The translations under genes were made by a program, and so were the position numbers. From assembly GCA_963753345.1 (NCBI GenBank), contig CAVWBU010000039.1:1-12115 (forward strand): a stretch of 12,115 bases of DNA. Reading direction: 5' to 3'. Position 1 is the stretch's first letter, and each line of letters begins with the position of its first letter. Below, one piece after another: positions 1 to 7,140 of the stretch. This stretch comes from an uncultured Fibrobacterota bacterium (lineage in GTDB: Bacteria > Fibrobacterota > Chitinivibrionia > Chitinivibrionales > FEN-1185). The notes beneath the pieces are model-generated. The model did no database searches, had not been told where the DNA came from, and saw only the letters and a list, made by a program, of their open reading frames with translations.

Positions 1-1
1 G

Positions 2-160
2 ATAGCCAAGTCGCTCGATGACGAGTCCGACGGGAAGAAATCTTTTTCGTGTACGGTGCACGGAAACCTTGCAAACCCGGCCATCGACATCGACAGGACC
101 ATCACCGACCGGGCGGTCCACAACGTGTTCGACGAGGTGAAGAAATTCTTTCAGCGATGA
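2..160 (+). CDS. 3' end of an upstream gene (partial); hypothetical, possibly AsmA-like/GspN-like C-terminus
   Basis: Open frame from the window edge: IAKSLDDESDGKKSFSCTVHGNLANPAIDIDRTITDRAVHNVFDEVKKFFQR, ending in TGA at 158-160. GC3-rich codons. 'V.G.L.NP.I' resembles AsmA/GspN C-terminal strands (weak). Confidence 0.7.
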   Translation: MAKSLDDESDGKKSFSCTVHGNLANPAIDIDRTITDRAVHNVFDEVKKFFQR

Positions 161-228
161 CGTTGGACGTGCTCGGCAAGGCTGCAATGGGGTATCAAAA
201 GGTACAATGATTGAGGATGGAGTCGATT

Positions 229-1779
229 ATGCGGCACCGCAACGCATTTGCAGCCCGGTCAAGCGATATACTGTTTGTAAACCCCCTTCATCCGTACAAC
301 CACTATTTCACCCAGCCCGAACTCGTGCGGCTGATGCGCAAAAAAAACAGCCTGGCCCCGCTGTCGCTTGCGCTGCTCGCCGCGCTCACGCCGGACACCT
401 ACTCGACGATGGTGTGGGACGAGGACGTTATGCCCCTCGCCCCTCGCGCCGTGAAAGCGAAACTGGCTGGAATCAAGGTGGTGACGCCGGCGTCGGTCCG
501 GGCCTACGGTCTGGCTGACCGCTTCAGGGCGGAGGGAACAAAGGTCGTTTTTGGCGGGCCGCATATCACGGCGACAACGGTGGAGGCGGCGCTGGCGCAC
601 GCCGATGCCGTGGTCGTGGGCGAGGCCGAGGGTGTCTGGCCCGGCCTGCTCGACGATTTCGGGCGGGGAGCTTTGCAAAAAGTCTATTCGTCCGAAGGCC
701 TTATTCCCTATGCCAGGGCGGTGCTGCCGCGCTGGGACCTGTTCGACACCCGCAAGTACCTGTCGCTGCCCGTGCAGGCGTCGCGCGGGTGCCCTTACAA
801 TTGCGAATTCTGCAACGTGAGCGCCACCTACGGCCGCGCAGTGCGCGTGCGGGACATCGACAACGTGGTCGCAGAAGTGGCCTCGCTCCCGTTGAAGCGG
901 GTCTTCTTTGTTGACGACAATATTTCGATAAACCGCGGGTTTGCGCGGGACCTCATGCAGGGACTTGCGGGAACGGGCATCACCTGGTTCTGCCAGGCCA
1001 GCATCGACATCGCCGACGACGCGCCGCTACTTAGGGCAATGGCCGCAGCAGGATGCGAAAACATTCTTATCGGATTCGAATCGCTCAACAGCGCGAATCT
1101 CAAGGACGTGGAAAAACTCCACAACCTCCGCAGGGACTACAAGGAGGCTGTGCAAACAATCAACGCGGCCGGCATCCACGTGCAGGCCACGTTCATGTTC
1201 GGTCTTGACAACGACACGCTGGACGATTTGGAACGGCTCAACCGGTTAAGCCTCGATGCGCCCCTTCCTTTTCTATCGCTCAGTTTCGTCGCCGCGGCCC
1301 CCGGTACGCGCCTCGAGGATCGCGTGAAGAAAGAGGGGAGGCTGTACCCCATCCCCCCCGAAATCAACGGCGGCCTGTACCCCTCGATACGGCACCCGTC
1401 AATCGGTCCCGTGACGCAGTATAATGCCTTCGTTGATGCGTTGCAAAAGATGTACGGGTTCGACGCCGTGTACCATAAGGCGCGGTCCCTTTTTTCGTCC
1501 GGGCATTTTGCCGGTGCGAAGAAGGACTCCGAGGTTTCGTTCGCCGACAAGGTCAGGTTCAGCATCCTGCTTGTACGGGCGTATTTATTAACAAATGATA
1601 AATGGCGGCGCCGGCTGCTACTGTATCTGTTTTCGCTGGTCCGCGCAAAGACCGTCGCGCCGGAACGCGCGGTTGTCTTCCTGATGACCATGCACGCGTA
1701 TTCGCTCTCGGTGGAAAAGATTGCAGGGGAGAGGGAGAGAAGTTTGGAGATAATTCGAGAGTATACTGGAGAGAAATAA
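229..1779 (+). CDS. B12-binding domain radical SAM protein (class B methyltransferase-like; possible DUF4070-like C-terminus)
   Basis: ORF 211..1779 with CxxxCxxC in ASRGCPYNCEFC, cobalamin-binding features (PLSLALLAALTP, VVFGGPH, DAVVVGEAE), FFVDDN, IGFES and FMFGLDND. Start placed at ATG 229 because GGAG lies at 219-222; ATG 217 is an alternative. Confidence 0.92.
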   Translation: MRHRNAFAARSSDILFVNPLHPYNHYFTQPELVRLMRKKNSLAPLSLALLAALTPDTYSTMVWDEDVMPLAPRAVKAKLAGIKVVTPASVRAYGLADRFRAEGTKVVFGGPHITATTVEAALAHADAVVVGEAEGVWPGLLDDFGRGALQKVYSSEGLIPYARAVLPRWDLFDTRKYLSLPVQASRGCPYNCEFCNVSATYGRAVRVRDIDNVVAEVASLPLKRVFFVDDNISINRGFARDLMQGLAGTGITWFCQASIDIADDAPLLRAMAAAGCENILIGFESLNSANLKDVEKLHNLRRDYKEAVQTINAAGIHVQATFMFGLDNDTLDDLERLNRLSLDAPLPFLSLSFVAAAPGTRLEDRVKKEGRLYPIPPEINGGLYPSIRHPSIGPVTQYNAFVDALQKMYGFDAVYHKARSLFSSGHFAGAKKDSEVSFADKVRFSILLVRAYLLTNDKWRRRLLLYLFSLVRAKTVAPERAVVFLMTMHAYSLSVEKIAGERERSLEIIREYTGEK

Positions 1780-1959
1780 GGGGTCGCTAATATAAATTAA
1801 ATCAGGAATATTTGAGCGGGGGAGGTGCAGCCTGCTTAAAAACTCAAGACAAGATCTGGGCGCCCCGCTGCTTCGCCGCGGCGGCCGTCCTTCCGGTCCA
1901 CCCCTTCGGGTGCTTCCAAGGGTCGTCGGCCTTCGGCCTCGGGCCGCCTCGGCCCTATT

Positions 1960-2000
1960 CCTTTTGTAGAGACGCAGCGCCGCTGCGTCTCTACAAAAGG
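1960..2000. repeat. Perfect 20-bp inverted repeat, GTAG-type REP-like hairpin
   Basis: CCTTTTGTAGAGACGCAGCG-C-CGCTGCGTCTCTACAAAAGG. The GTAG...CTAC core is typical of GTAG-family REPs. Confidence 0.8.
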
Positions 2001-2266
2001 CGGGTCCGGGCGGCATCCCGCCTCAAGCGGGACCAATTTTCCGTTCCTGCCTGGCGCGGCGCAGAGGATTGCTGCCAATCCTATTTTTCCCCACTAATAG
2101 TTTCCCATTTGTGAACCGCATCTTTGGTTGGATTAGGCGAGTGACTTACTAGCCGCGTTAGGTGGACCGGAGGGTGAGCCAGAGCGAATTGCCGGCCGAC
2201 CCCTCGCCGGAGGCCACTAGAGCGGTCCGGCAACGAGGCGAATAGCCGAGCCCGAAGGGAGACCGA

Positions 2267-2306
2267 CCCCTTGTAGAGCCGGACAGCCGTGTGGCTCTAC
2301 AAGGGG
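2267..2306. repeat. 14-bp inverted repeat, GTAG-type REP-like hairpin
   Basis: CCCCTTGTAGAGCC (2267-2280), 12-nt loop, GGCTCTACAAGGGG (2293-2306). Confidence 0.7.
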
Positions 2307-2336
2307 GAGCGCCCATTTTTTCTCATTTTTTAATAT

Positions 2337-3809
2337 TTATTCTACCGGCGTCGGAGCATTTGAAAAGCGGGAGAGCGTCTGGGGAACGGATTCTTTGGAA
2401 GCGCGTATGAGTTCGGGGACCGTCACAAAGGAATAGCCGCGCGCCTTGAGATCGCGGATGATGGCTGGAAGGGCCTGCACGGTGCTCGCGCACTGCGGGT
2501 TGGGCCTGGTTTCGAGGCCGTCGTGCAGCAGGATGATTGATCCGGCGCGCGTCTTTGAAAGCACGCGCTGTTCGATTGTCCTGGCGCTCACTTTCTGCCA
2601 GTCGTCGGGAGATACGGTCCATGTGACCACGGTGTAGTGGTCTTTTCTTGCAAGCCCCATCATCCACGGGCTGCGCCAGCCGTGCGGGGGCCGGAAGTAT
2701 TCGGGAACAACGCCGCACGCAATGCGAATGGCGGCGGTAGCCTTGTCGATTTCTGCGTTTATCCTGTCCGGCGTTTCAACCGGGGCCCAGAAGGGGTGCG
2801 AATAGGTGTGGTTTCCCACCACATTACCGTCCTGCACGATCCGCCTGGCAATGACCGGGCGACGCTCCACGTTCTTGCCGATCAGGAAAAACGTGGCATG
2901 TACGTCGTATCTGGAAAGCGTGTCGAGAATCTCCCGGGTGTAGGCGCTGGGGCCGTCGTCAAAGGTGAGCGCCACCAGCGGCTTGTTTTGCAGACCGTGG
3001 GCGAACACCGACCCGAACAGCCTGTTCTCCGTGTTTTCGGTGACAAAGAGAAAGCACGCGACGGCGCAGGCGGCAACCGCATATTTCATGAAGGGAAAAC
3101 GCGAAGCGGCGGCATATTGCGCCCGCCTGATGTTGGGAAAATCGTAGAAAACCGGCCGTTTCAGGAGATACAGCGAGAGATCGTTGAGGTAATAACGGTA
3201 CAAGGTCTGGAAAAAGGCGAATTGAAACCTTCGTCCCGATGTTTTCACTATTATTTTCCTGTCGATAAGGACTCTGCCGAAGCGCTTGATTCGCAGGCCA
3301 AGCTCAACGTCGGCTCCCAAATTTACCTCGGGATTGAAACCGCCGCTTGCCAGATATACGGAGCGCCACAGGGCCATATTGGCGCCGGCAAGATGATAGT
3401 TCAAACGTCCCCCCACCTCTCCCATAAGCTTTACAAGAATGGGGCCGTCGTGGAAGGTGAACACGCCGCTGCATGCCACGATCCCCGGCTTCGAGAGGTT
3501 GCAAACCATTTTGGAAATCCAGCAGGGCGGGGCCATGGTGTCGCCGTCGGTGCAGGCGATGATATCCCCGCACGCCTCTGAGAACCCGGCCCTTAGCGCG
3601 TGAACGTAGCCTTTTTTCGGCTCGTACACTACGCGCGCGCCCCCCAACCGCGCGAGGCGCGCCGTGTCGTCGGTGGAGGCGTTGTCGACGACGATGACTT
3701 CAATGTCTCCGTCGTAGTCCTGCTGTTTAAGCGAAGAAACGCACGCAGCGATCAATTCTTCTTCGTTGAACGCAGGCACAACGATGGAAACTGAAGGTCT
3801 TTGCTTCAT
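2337..3809 (-). CDS. Family 2 glycosyltransferase fused to a NodB/CE4 polysaccharide deacetylase
   Basis: N-terminal GT2 motifs: VSIVVPAFNEE, VIVVDNASTD, DxD (TDGD), GANMA, TSGRR. Hydrophobic segment YAVAACAVACFLFV. C-terminal CE4 motifs: LTFDDGP, ATFF, GNHTYSHP, FRPPHG, DW, IILLHDG. Confidence 0.93.
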   Translation of the reverse strand: MKQRPSVSIVVPAFNEEELIAACVSSLKQQDYDGDIEVIVVDNASTDDTARLARLGGARVVYEPKKGYVHALRAGFSEACGDIIACTDGDTMAPPCWISKMVCNLSKPGIVACSGVFTFHDGPILVKLMGEVGGRLNYHLAGANMALWRSVYLASGGFNPEVNLGADVELGLRIKRFGRVLIDRKIIVKTSGRRFQFAFFQTLYRYYLNDLSLYLLKRPVFYDFPNIRRAQYAAASRFPFMKYAVAACAVACFLFVTENTENRLFGSVFAHGLQNKPLVALTFDDGPSAYTREILDTLSRYDVHATFFLIGKNVERRPVIARRIVQDGNVVGNHTYSHPFWAPVETPDRINAEIDKATAAIRIACGVVPEYFRPPHGWRSPWMMGLARKDHYTVVTWTVSPDDWQKVSARTIEQRVLSKTRAGSIILLHDGLETRPNPQCASTVQALPAIIRDLKARGYSFVTVPELIRASKESVPQTLSRFSNAPTPVE

Positions 3810-3908
3810 GGATGCTCGAGAATCTTTGTACCAGTTAAATGCAAAACGGTGAAGAATAAAGACTGGACCGACTGTGATTTAAACGGGCTGCAAAACAACC
3901 CATGTAAA

Positions 3909-3936
3909 ATAATACAATAAGTGCGGCTGGAGTCAA
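3909..3936 (-). promoter_or_regulatory. Putative sigma70 promoter of the GT2-deacetylase gene
   Basis: Minus strand TTGACT (3936-3931), 16 nt, TATTAT (3914-3909), in an AT-rich stretch about 100 nt upstream of the start codon. Confidence 0.45.
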
Positions 3937-3983
3937 GGGAAACCTGATATAAATATTCTAGCAGATTTTAAAAAGAAAAGATT

Positions 3984-4382
3984 TGGGCGCCCCGCCGCCG
4001 TTGCGGCGGCGGCCCTCGCTTCGGTCTCGGCCTTCGGCCTCGGGCCGCCTCGGCCCTATGGCCCACAGGGCCGGGTCCGGGCGGCACCGCGCTTTAGCGC
4101 GGCCTTCGTTCCGGCCTGGCGCGTGGCATCAGAATGGTTCCACAATTTTAATGCGCCTGACCAATAAGAATTCAGTTGCGCTGTTATGGGAATATTTCAG
4201 ATGACGCAAGAAATAATTCTTGACAGAACATAGCTCTGTTGCCGCGCGCCAGGCAGGACTGGAAGGTGCGCTGGAGCGCATTGCCGGCCGACCCCGGCCG
4301 AAGGCCTTTGGGGCGGTCCGGCAGCGAGGCCGATAGGCCGAGCCTGGAAGGAGGGCCGCCGCCGTCTTCGGCGGGGCGCCCA
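3984..4382. repeat. Composite inverted structured repeat, copy B (left arm ~3984-4122, right arm ~4245-4382)
   Basis: Termini TGGGCGCCCCGCCG...CGGCGGGGCGCCCA form a 14-bp terminal inverted repeat. Inner ends CCTGGCGCG / CGCGCCAGG. The reverse complement of the right arm aligns along the whole left arm. A-rich left flank and T-rich right flank, as in copy A. Confidence 0.85.
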
Positions 4383-4406
4383 GAATTTTTTAACTTTTCT
4401 TACTCA

Positions 4407-4427
4407 GGTGTATACCAATGGTATACG
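4407..4427 (+). promoter_or_regulatory. 21-bp pseudo-palindromic operator box, copy 1 (upstream of the TIGR02147 gene)
   Basis: GGTGTATACCAATGGTATACG, with core palindrome GTATACC-N3-GGTATAC. 19/21 identical to 9747-9767 and to the reverse complement of 9676-9696. Confidence 0.75.
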
Positions 4428-4444
4428 AAAAGTTTTTGAGGCTG

Positions 4445-4473
4445 TTGATTTTATTCCTTGGATGGCGTATACT
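4445..4473 (+). promoter_or_regulatory. Sigma70-type promoter of the TIGR02147 operon (probably leaderless transcript)
   Basis: TTGATT (4445-4450), 17 nt, TATACT (4468-4473). ATG at 4482 follows after only 8 nt, with no Shine-Dalgarno sequence. Confidence 0.7.
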
Positions 4474-4481
4474 TCTAAGTA

Positions 4482-5312
4482 ATGAAAAAGACCTCCATCT
4501 TCCACTACATCTGCTATCAGGACTACCTGAAAGCGTACTTCGCCGCGCGGAAGAAGGACGATCCGAAGTTCTCCCACCGCTTTCTTTCCACCAGGCTCGG
4601 GCTTTCGTCCCCGAATTTCATCATGCTGGTGATGCAGGGCAAGCGCAAGCTCACCCGGTCCATGGCGTTCAAGATATCGCGGGCGTTCAGACTGTTGCCG
4701 AAAGAGGCGGAATACCTTGAGTCCATGGTGGAATTCACCAGGGCGGCGTCGAACTCGGAAAAGGACAAATATCTTTCGCGCATGATGGAACTTCGCAAAG
4801 ACACGGACGTAAACAAGCTTGCCGATTACCAGTACGAGTATTATTCCAAATGGTACAATCTTGCGATACGGGAACTGGCCGCGTCCCCCGAATTCAAGGG
4901 CGACTATGCCTGGCTTGCCAGAAAAGTATTCCCGCCCGTCACTCCCGGCCAGGCCAGGGACTCGGTTGAATTGCTCCTCAAGCTCGGGCTTCTCAAAAAG
5001 AAAGGCGGCGTTTTTGTCCGCAACTCGCCGCTTATCACCACGGGCCCGGAAGTGTCGTCCGTGGCAGTTGCGAATTTCCACCGCGCCATGGCCCGGCTCG
5101 CGTCCGAAGCGCTCGACACGGTGAGCCGGGACGAGCGGAACATGACCGCCTGCACCGTGAATATCTCGCGCAAGGGGTTTGAAGAGATCAAAGAAGCAAT
5201 CGCGGAATGCAGGGGCAGGGTGCTTGCGGTCGCGGAAAAAGACGCGGCGGCGGACAGGGTGTACCAGGTGAACTTCCACGTGTTTCCGGTTTCCAGAAAG
5301 AACAATGGATGA
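4482..5312 (+). CDS. TIGR02147 family protein (N-terminal HTH plus DUF4423), putative transcriptional regulator
   Basis: 276 aa. Family hallmarks: 'IFHY..YQDYLK.YF..RK..DPKFSHRFLS.RLGLSSPNFI..V.QGKRKL', 'YYSKWY..AIREL', 'A..SVELL.KLG', 'FHRAM..LA.EAL......ER', 'VYQVNFHVFPVS'. Confidence 0.9.
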   Translation: MKKTSIFHYICYQDYLKAYFAARKKDDPKFSHRFLSTRLGLSSPNFIMLVMQGKRKLTRSMAFKISRAFRLLPKEAEYLESMVEFTRAASNSEKDKYLSRMMELRKDTDVNKLADYQYEYYSKWYNLAIRELAASPEFKGDYAWLARKVFPPVTPGQARDSVELLLKLGLLKKKGGVFVRNSPLITTGPEVSSVAVANFHRAMARLASEALDTVSRDERNMTACTVNISRKGFEEIKEAIAECRGRVLAVAEKDAAADRVYQVNFHVFPVSRKNNG

Positions 5313-5322
5313 GGAGCCGAAT

Positions 5323-7092
5323 ATGAAAAATTGTCCATTGATGAAGCCGGCTGTGCTGGTTGTCTTGGCCCTGGTCCTTTCGCACGTGAATTGCACACGC
5401 ATTGTTTCGGGCGGAGGGACGGAAACGGGCAACCCAACGGTTTCCGCCATGCTCTACAATCCCGGCGGCTCGCCCGCTGCGCATGCCAAGGTAAGGTTTT
5501 ATCCTGTCAATTACAACCCCCGTACCGGCGGCCTGTCCAAGAAACTGGCCGCGGCCGATTCCACATCGACCGACGCCAACGGCAATTACACCGCAAAATT
5601 AGACACCGGCGCATATAACGTGCTTGCCAGCGGCGACAGCGGCGTGGTGTATCAGGACTCGATAACCGTTGTCAAAGACTCAACCATTCACCCGCCTGCC
5701 GACACGCTGAAGGCGCCGGGAGGGATACGGGGAAGGGTGCGTTTGCAGCCTGGGGATGACGCGAGGACCGTGTTTATCCTGTTCTTGGGGACAAATACGT
5801 GGGGAACACCGGATGACTCGATTGGCAGGTTTACCGTTGCGAACATGGCGGAAGGAACGTATCGGGTGAGGATTTTGACGACGCTCGATGCATATGTGCC
5901 GAAGGACACGGTGCTGAGCGTGAGTGCGGGGAGGACGGATTCGCTGCCGCATGATATTGTGCTGCAATATACGGGGATTCCGGTGGTGGGAGGATTTCAG
6001 ATAAGCTATGATTCGTTGAAGGAGATTGTTACGCTAATCTGGAAAAGGGCCGATACAGCACTGGTTAAATCATACAACGTTTATCGCAGAAATATCGATT
6101 CAAATACCATACTGGGGAGAATAAACTCAGTACCAATCATAGACACGACATTTGCAGATTCTGGCACAATTCAAGGCCAAGCGTATGAGTATGAGGTAGC
6201 TGCGGTTAATAAGAGTGATGCTGAAGGAAACAAAACTACAGGAATCTCCTTAACTGCAACAAGTGCTTTTGAGCTTACCACAACTATAGGAAATGGCGAA
6301 GGAATAGGCCCTGGTAAGTTTTCTGGTCTCATGGGCATTGCAGTCGATCGATACGGCAATATATACGCCGTCGACAATGGGCACCAGTTAATCCACAAGT
6401 TCGATGCAAATGGCATTGAAACGTTAGAATGGGGTGGAACATTTGGCAACAGTGCAGGACAATTCAGGTATCCAACAGGCATTTGCGTTGACACTTTCGG
6501 CTACGTTTACGTTGCCGACGCCGAGAATGACCGCGTGCAAAAATTTGACAGTAACGGGAGCTTCATTCTGGCGTGGGGCAGCACCGGCTCCGGAGATGGT
6601 CAGTTCCAGAACACCTATGCTATCTCTGCTAATAGCGCATTTGTATACGTGGGGGAAGGGCAGGGTACGCGCGTACAAAAGTTTGATTTGCAAGGCACCT
6701 ATATTTCAACTATCAGCGTCAATGCAAAACCGAATGCTGTGTTTGCAAACGACAGTTGCGTTCTTGTCATTTCAGAGGGCAAGAACATTTTGAGATTTAC
6801 GGTTGATGGAACATTTGTCGATACCGTTTATCAGGCCAGAAGCAGACCTGGCATTAGCTATCCAGACAGTGTAATTATAGGCGACCTGTGCGCCTTTGGC
6901 CCTAGCGTTTACACTGTCAAACCATATGAGGAAACGGTCGTGGGTCTTGACTACAGTGGAAAAGAAATCTTCGAATGGCAAATAACGAGTGGTGTGTCCG
7001 AGAATTGGCCGCAACGAATCGATGTGGTAAGCGACCAGAGCATCTTCGTTTCTACTGTAGCAGGATACGTTCTGAAGTATCGGCTAAAATGA
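5323..7092 (+). CDS. Putative lipoprotein: GGGTETGN motif, two carboxypeptidase-regulatory/Ig-like domains, FN3-like domain, NHL-repeat beta-propeller
   Basis: RBS GAGGAG (5311-5316) overlaps the upstream stop and precedes ATG 5323. Hydrophobic leader ends in Cys (VLVVLALVLSHVN-C), followed by SGGGTETGN. 'TDANGNYT..LDTGAYNV'; FN3-like 'VTLIWK...SYNVYRR...YEYEVAAVN'; NHL repeats 'GIAVDRYGNIYAVDNGHQLIHKFD' and 'GQFRYPTGICVDTFGYVYVADAENDRVQKFD'. Confidence 0.88.
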   Translation: MKNCPLMKPAVLVVLALVLSHVNCTRIVSGGGTETGNPTVSAMLYNPGGSPAAHAKVRFYPVNYNPRTGGLSKKLAAADSTSTDANGNYTAKLDTGAYNVLASGDSGVVYQDSITVVKDSTIHPPADTLKAPGGIRGRVRLQPGDDARTVFILFLGTNTWGTPDDSIGRFTVANMAEGTYRVRILTTLDAYVPKDTVLSVSAGRTDSLPHDIVLQYTGIPVVGGFQISYDSLKEIVTLIWKRADTALVKSYNVYRRNIDSNTILGRINSVPIIDTTFADSGTIQGQAYEYEVAAVNKSDAEGNKTTGISLTATSAFELTTTIGNGEGIGPGKFSGLMGIAVDRYGNIYAVDNGHQLIHKFDANGIETLEWGGTFGNSAGQFRYPTGICVDTFGYVYVADAENDRVQKFDSNGSFILAWGSTGSGDGQFQNTYAISANSAFVYVGEGQGTRVQKFDLQGTYISTISVNAKPNAVFANDSCVLVISEGKNILRFTVDGTFVDTVYQARSRPGISYPDSVIIGDLCAFGPSVYTVKPYEETVVGLDYSGKEIFEWQITSGVSENWPQRIDVVSDQSIFVSTVAGYVLKYRLK

Positions 7093-7120
7093 GGCGCCTC
7101 CCTTTCTAAAAGGAGGCGCC
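7093..7120. terminator. Hairpin between convergent genes, possible bidirectional terminator
   Basis: GGCGCCTCC (7093-7101), CTTTCTAAAA, GGAGGCGCC (7112-7120), directly after the TGA at 7092 and 20 nt from the stop at 7141. No strong U-tract. Confidence 0.55.
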
Positions 7121-7140
7121 CCCAACCGGAGTTTCTATCC

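Larger units (their letters stand above)
1857..2315. repeat. Composite inverted structured repeat, copy A (left arm ~1857-2058, right arm ~2154-2315); MITE/REPIN-like
   Basis: Starts TGGGCGCCCCGC and ends GAGCGCCCA. The left arm shares a 33-nt exact block (1926-1958 = 4027-4059) with copy B. The right arm shares ATTGCCGGCCGACCCC (2188-2203 = 4280-4295) and GCGGTCCGGCA (2222-2232 = 4313-4323). Many hairpins. Confidence 0.85.

Noticed and set aside
229-1779. Assigning hpnP, hpnJ or bchE to the radical SAM gene
   Set aside because: The domain architecture is shared by many class B radical SAM enzymes. There are no hopanoid or bacteriochlorophyll genes in the window, and subfamily cannot be judged by eye.
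1812-2114. Short ORFs over the repeats (1812..2114, 1836..2078, 3983..4204, 4239..4439, 11716..12081)
   Set aside because: They are Arg/Pro/Gly-rich or motif-less translations of palindromic repeat DNA, with no convincing RBS.
4220-4250. TTGACA at 4220-4225 as a promoter inside the spacer of copy B
   Set aside because: No -10-like hexamer at 16-18 nt; the sequence there is CGCGCG.
4245-4280. CCAGGCAGGACTGGAAGG resembles SRP (4.5S) RNA domain IV
   Set aside because: The conserved AGCAGC 3' strand is missing, and the motif belongs to a repeat present several times in both orientations.
1857-4382. CRISPR array or integron attC sites
   Set aside because: No regularly spaced short direct repeats with unique spacers, no cas or intI gene, and the ends lack RYYYAAC/GTTRRRY cores.
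4404-5450. Long antisense ORFs (4404..5450 -, 2637..3581 +, 1137..1691 -, 10667..11302 - and similar)
   Set aside because: They shadow well-supported genes on the opposite strand, show no motifs, and are expected in GC-rich coding DNA.
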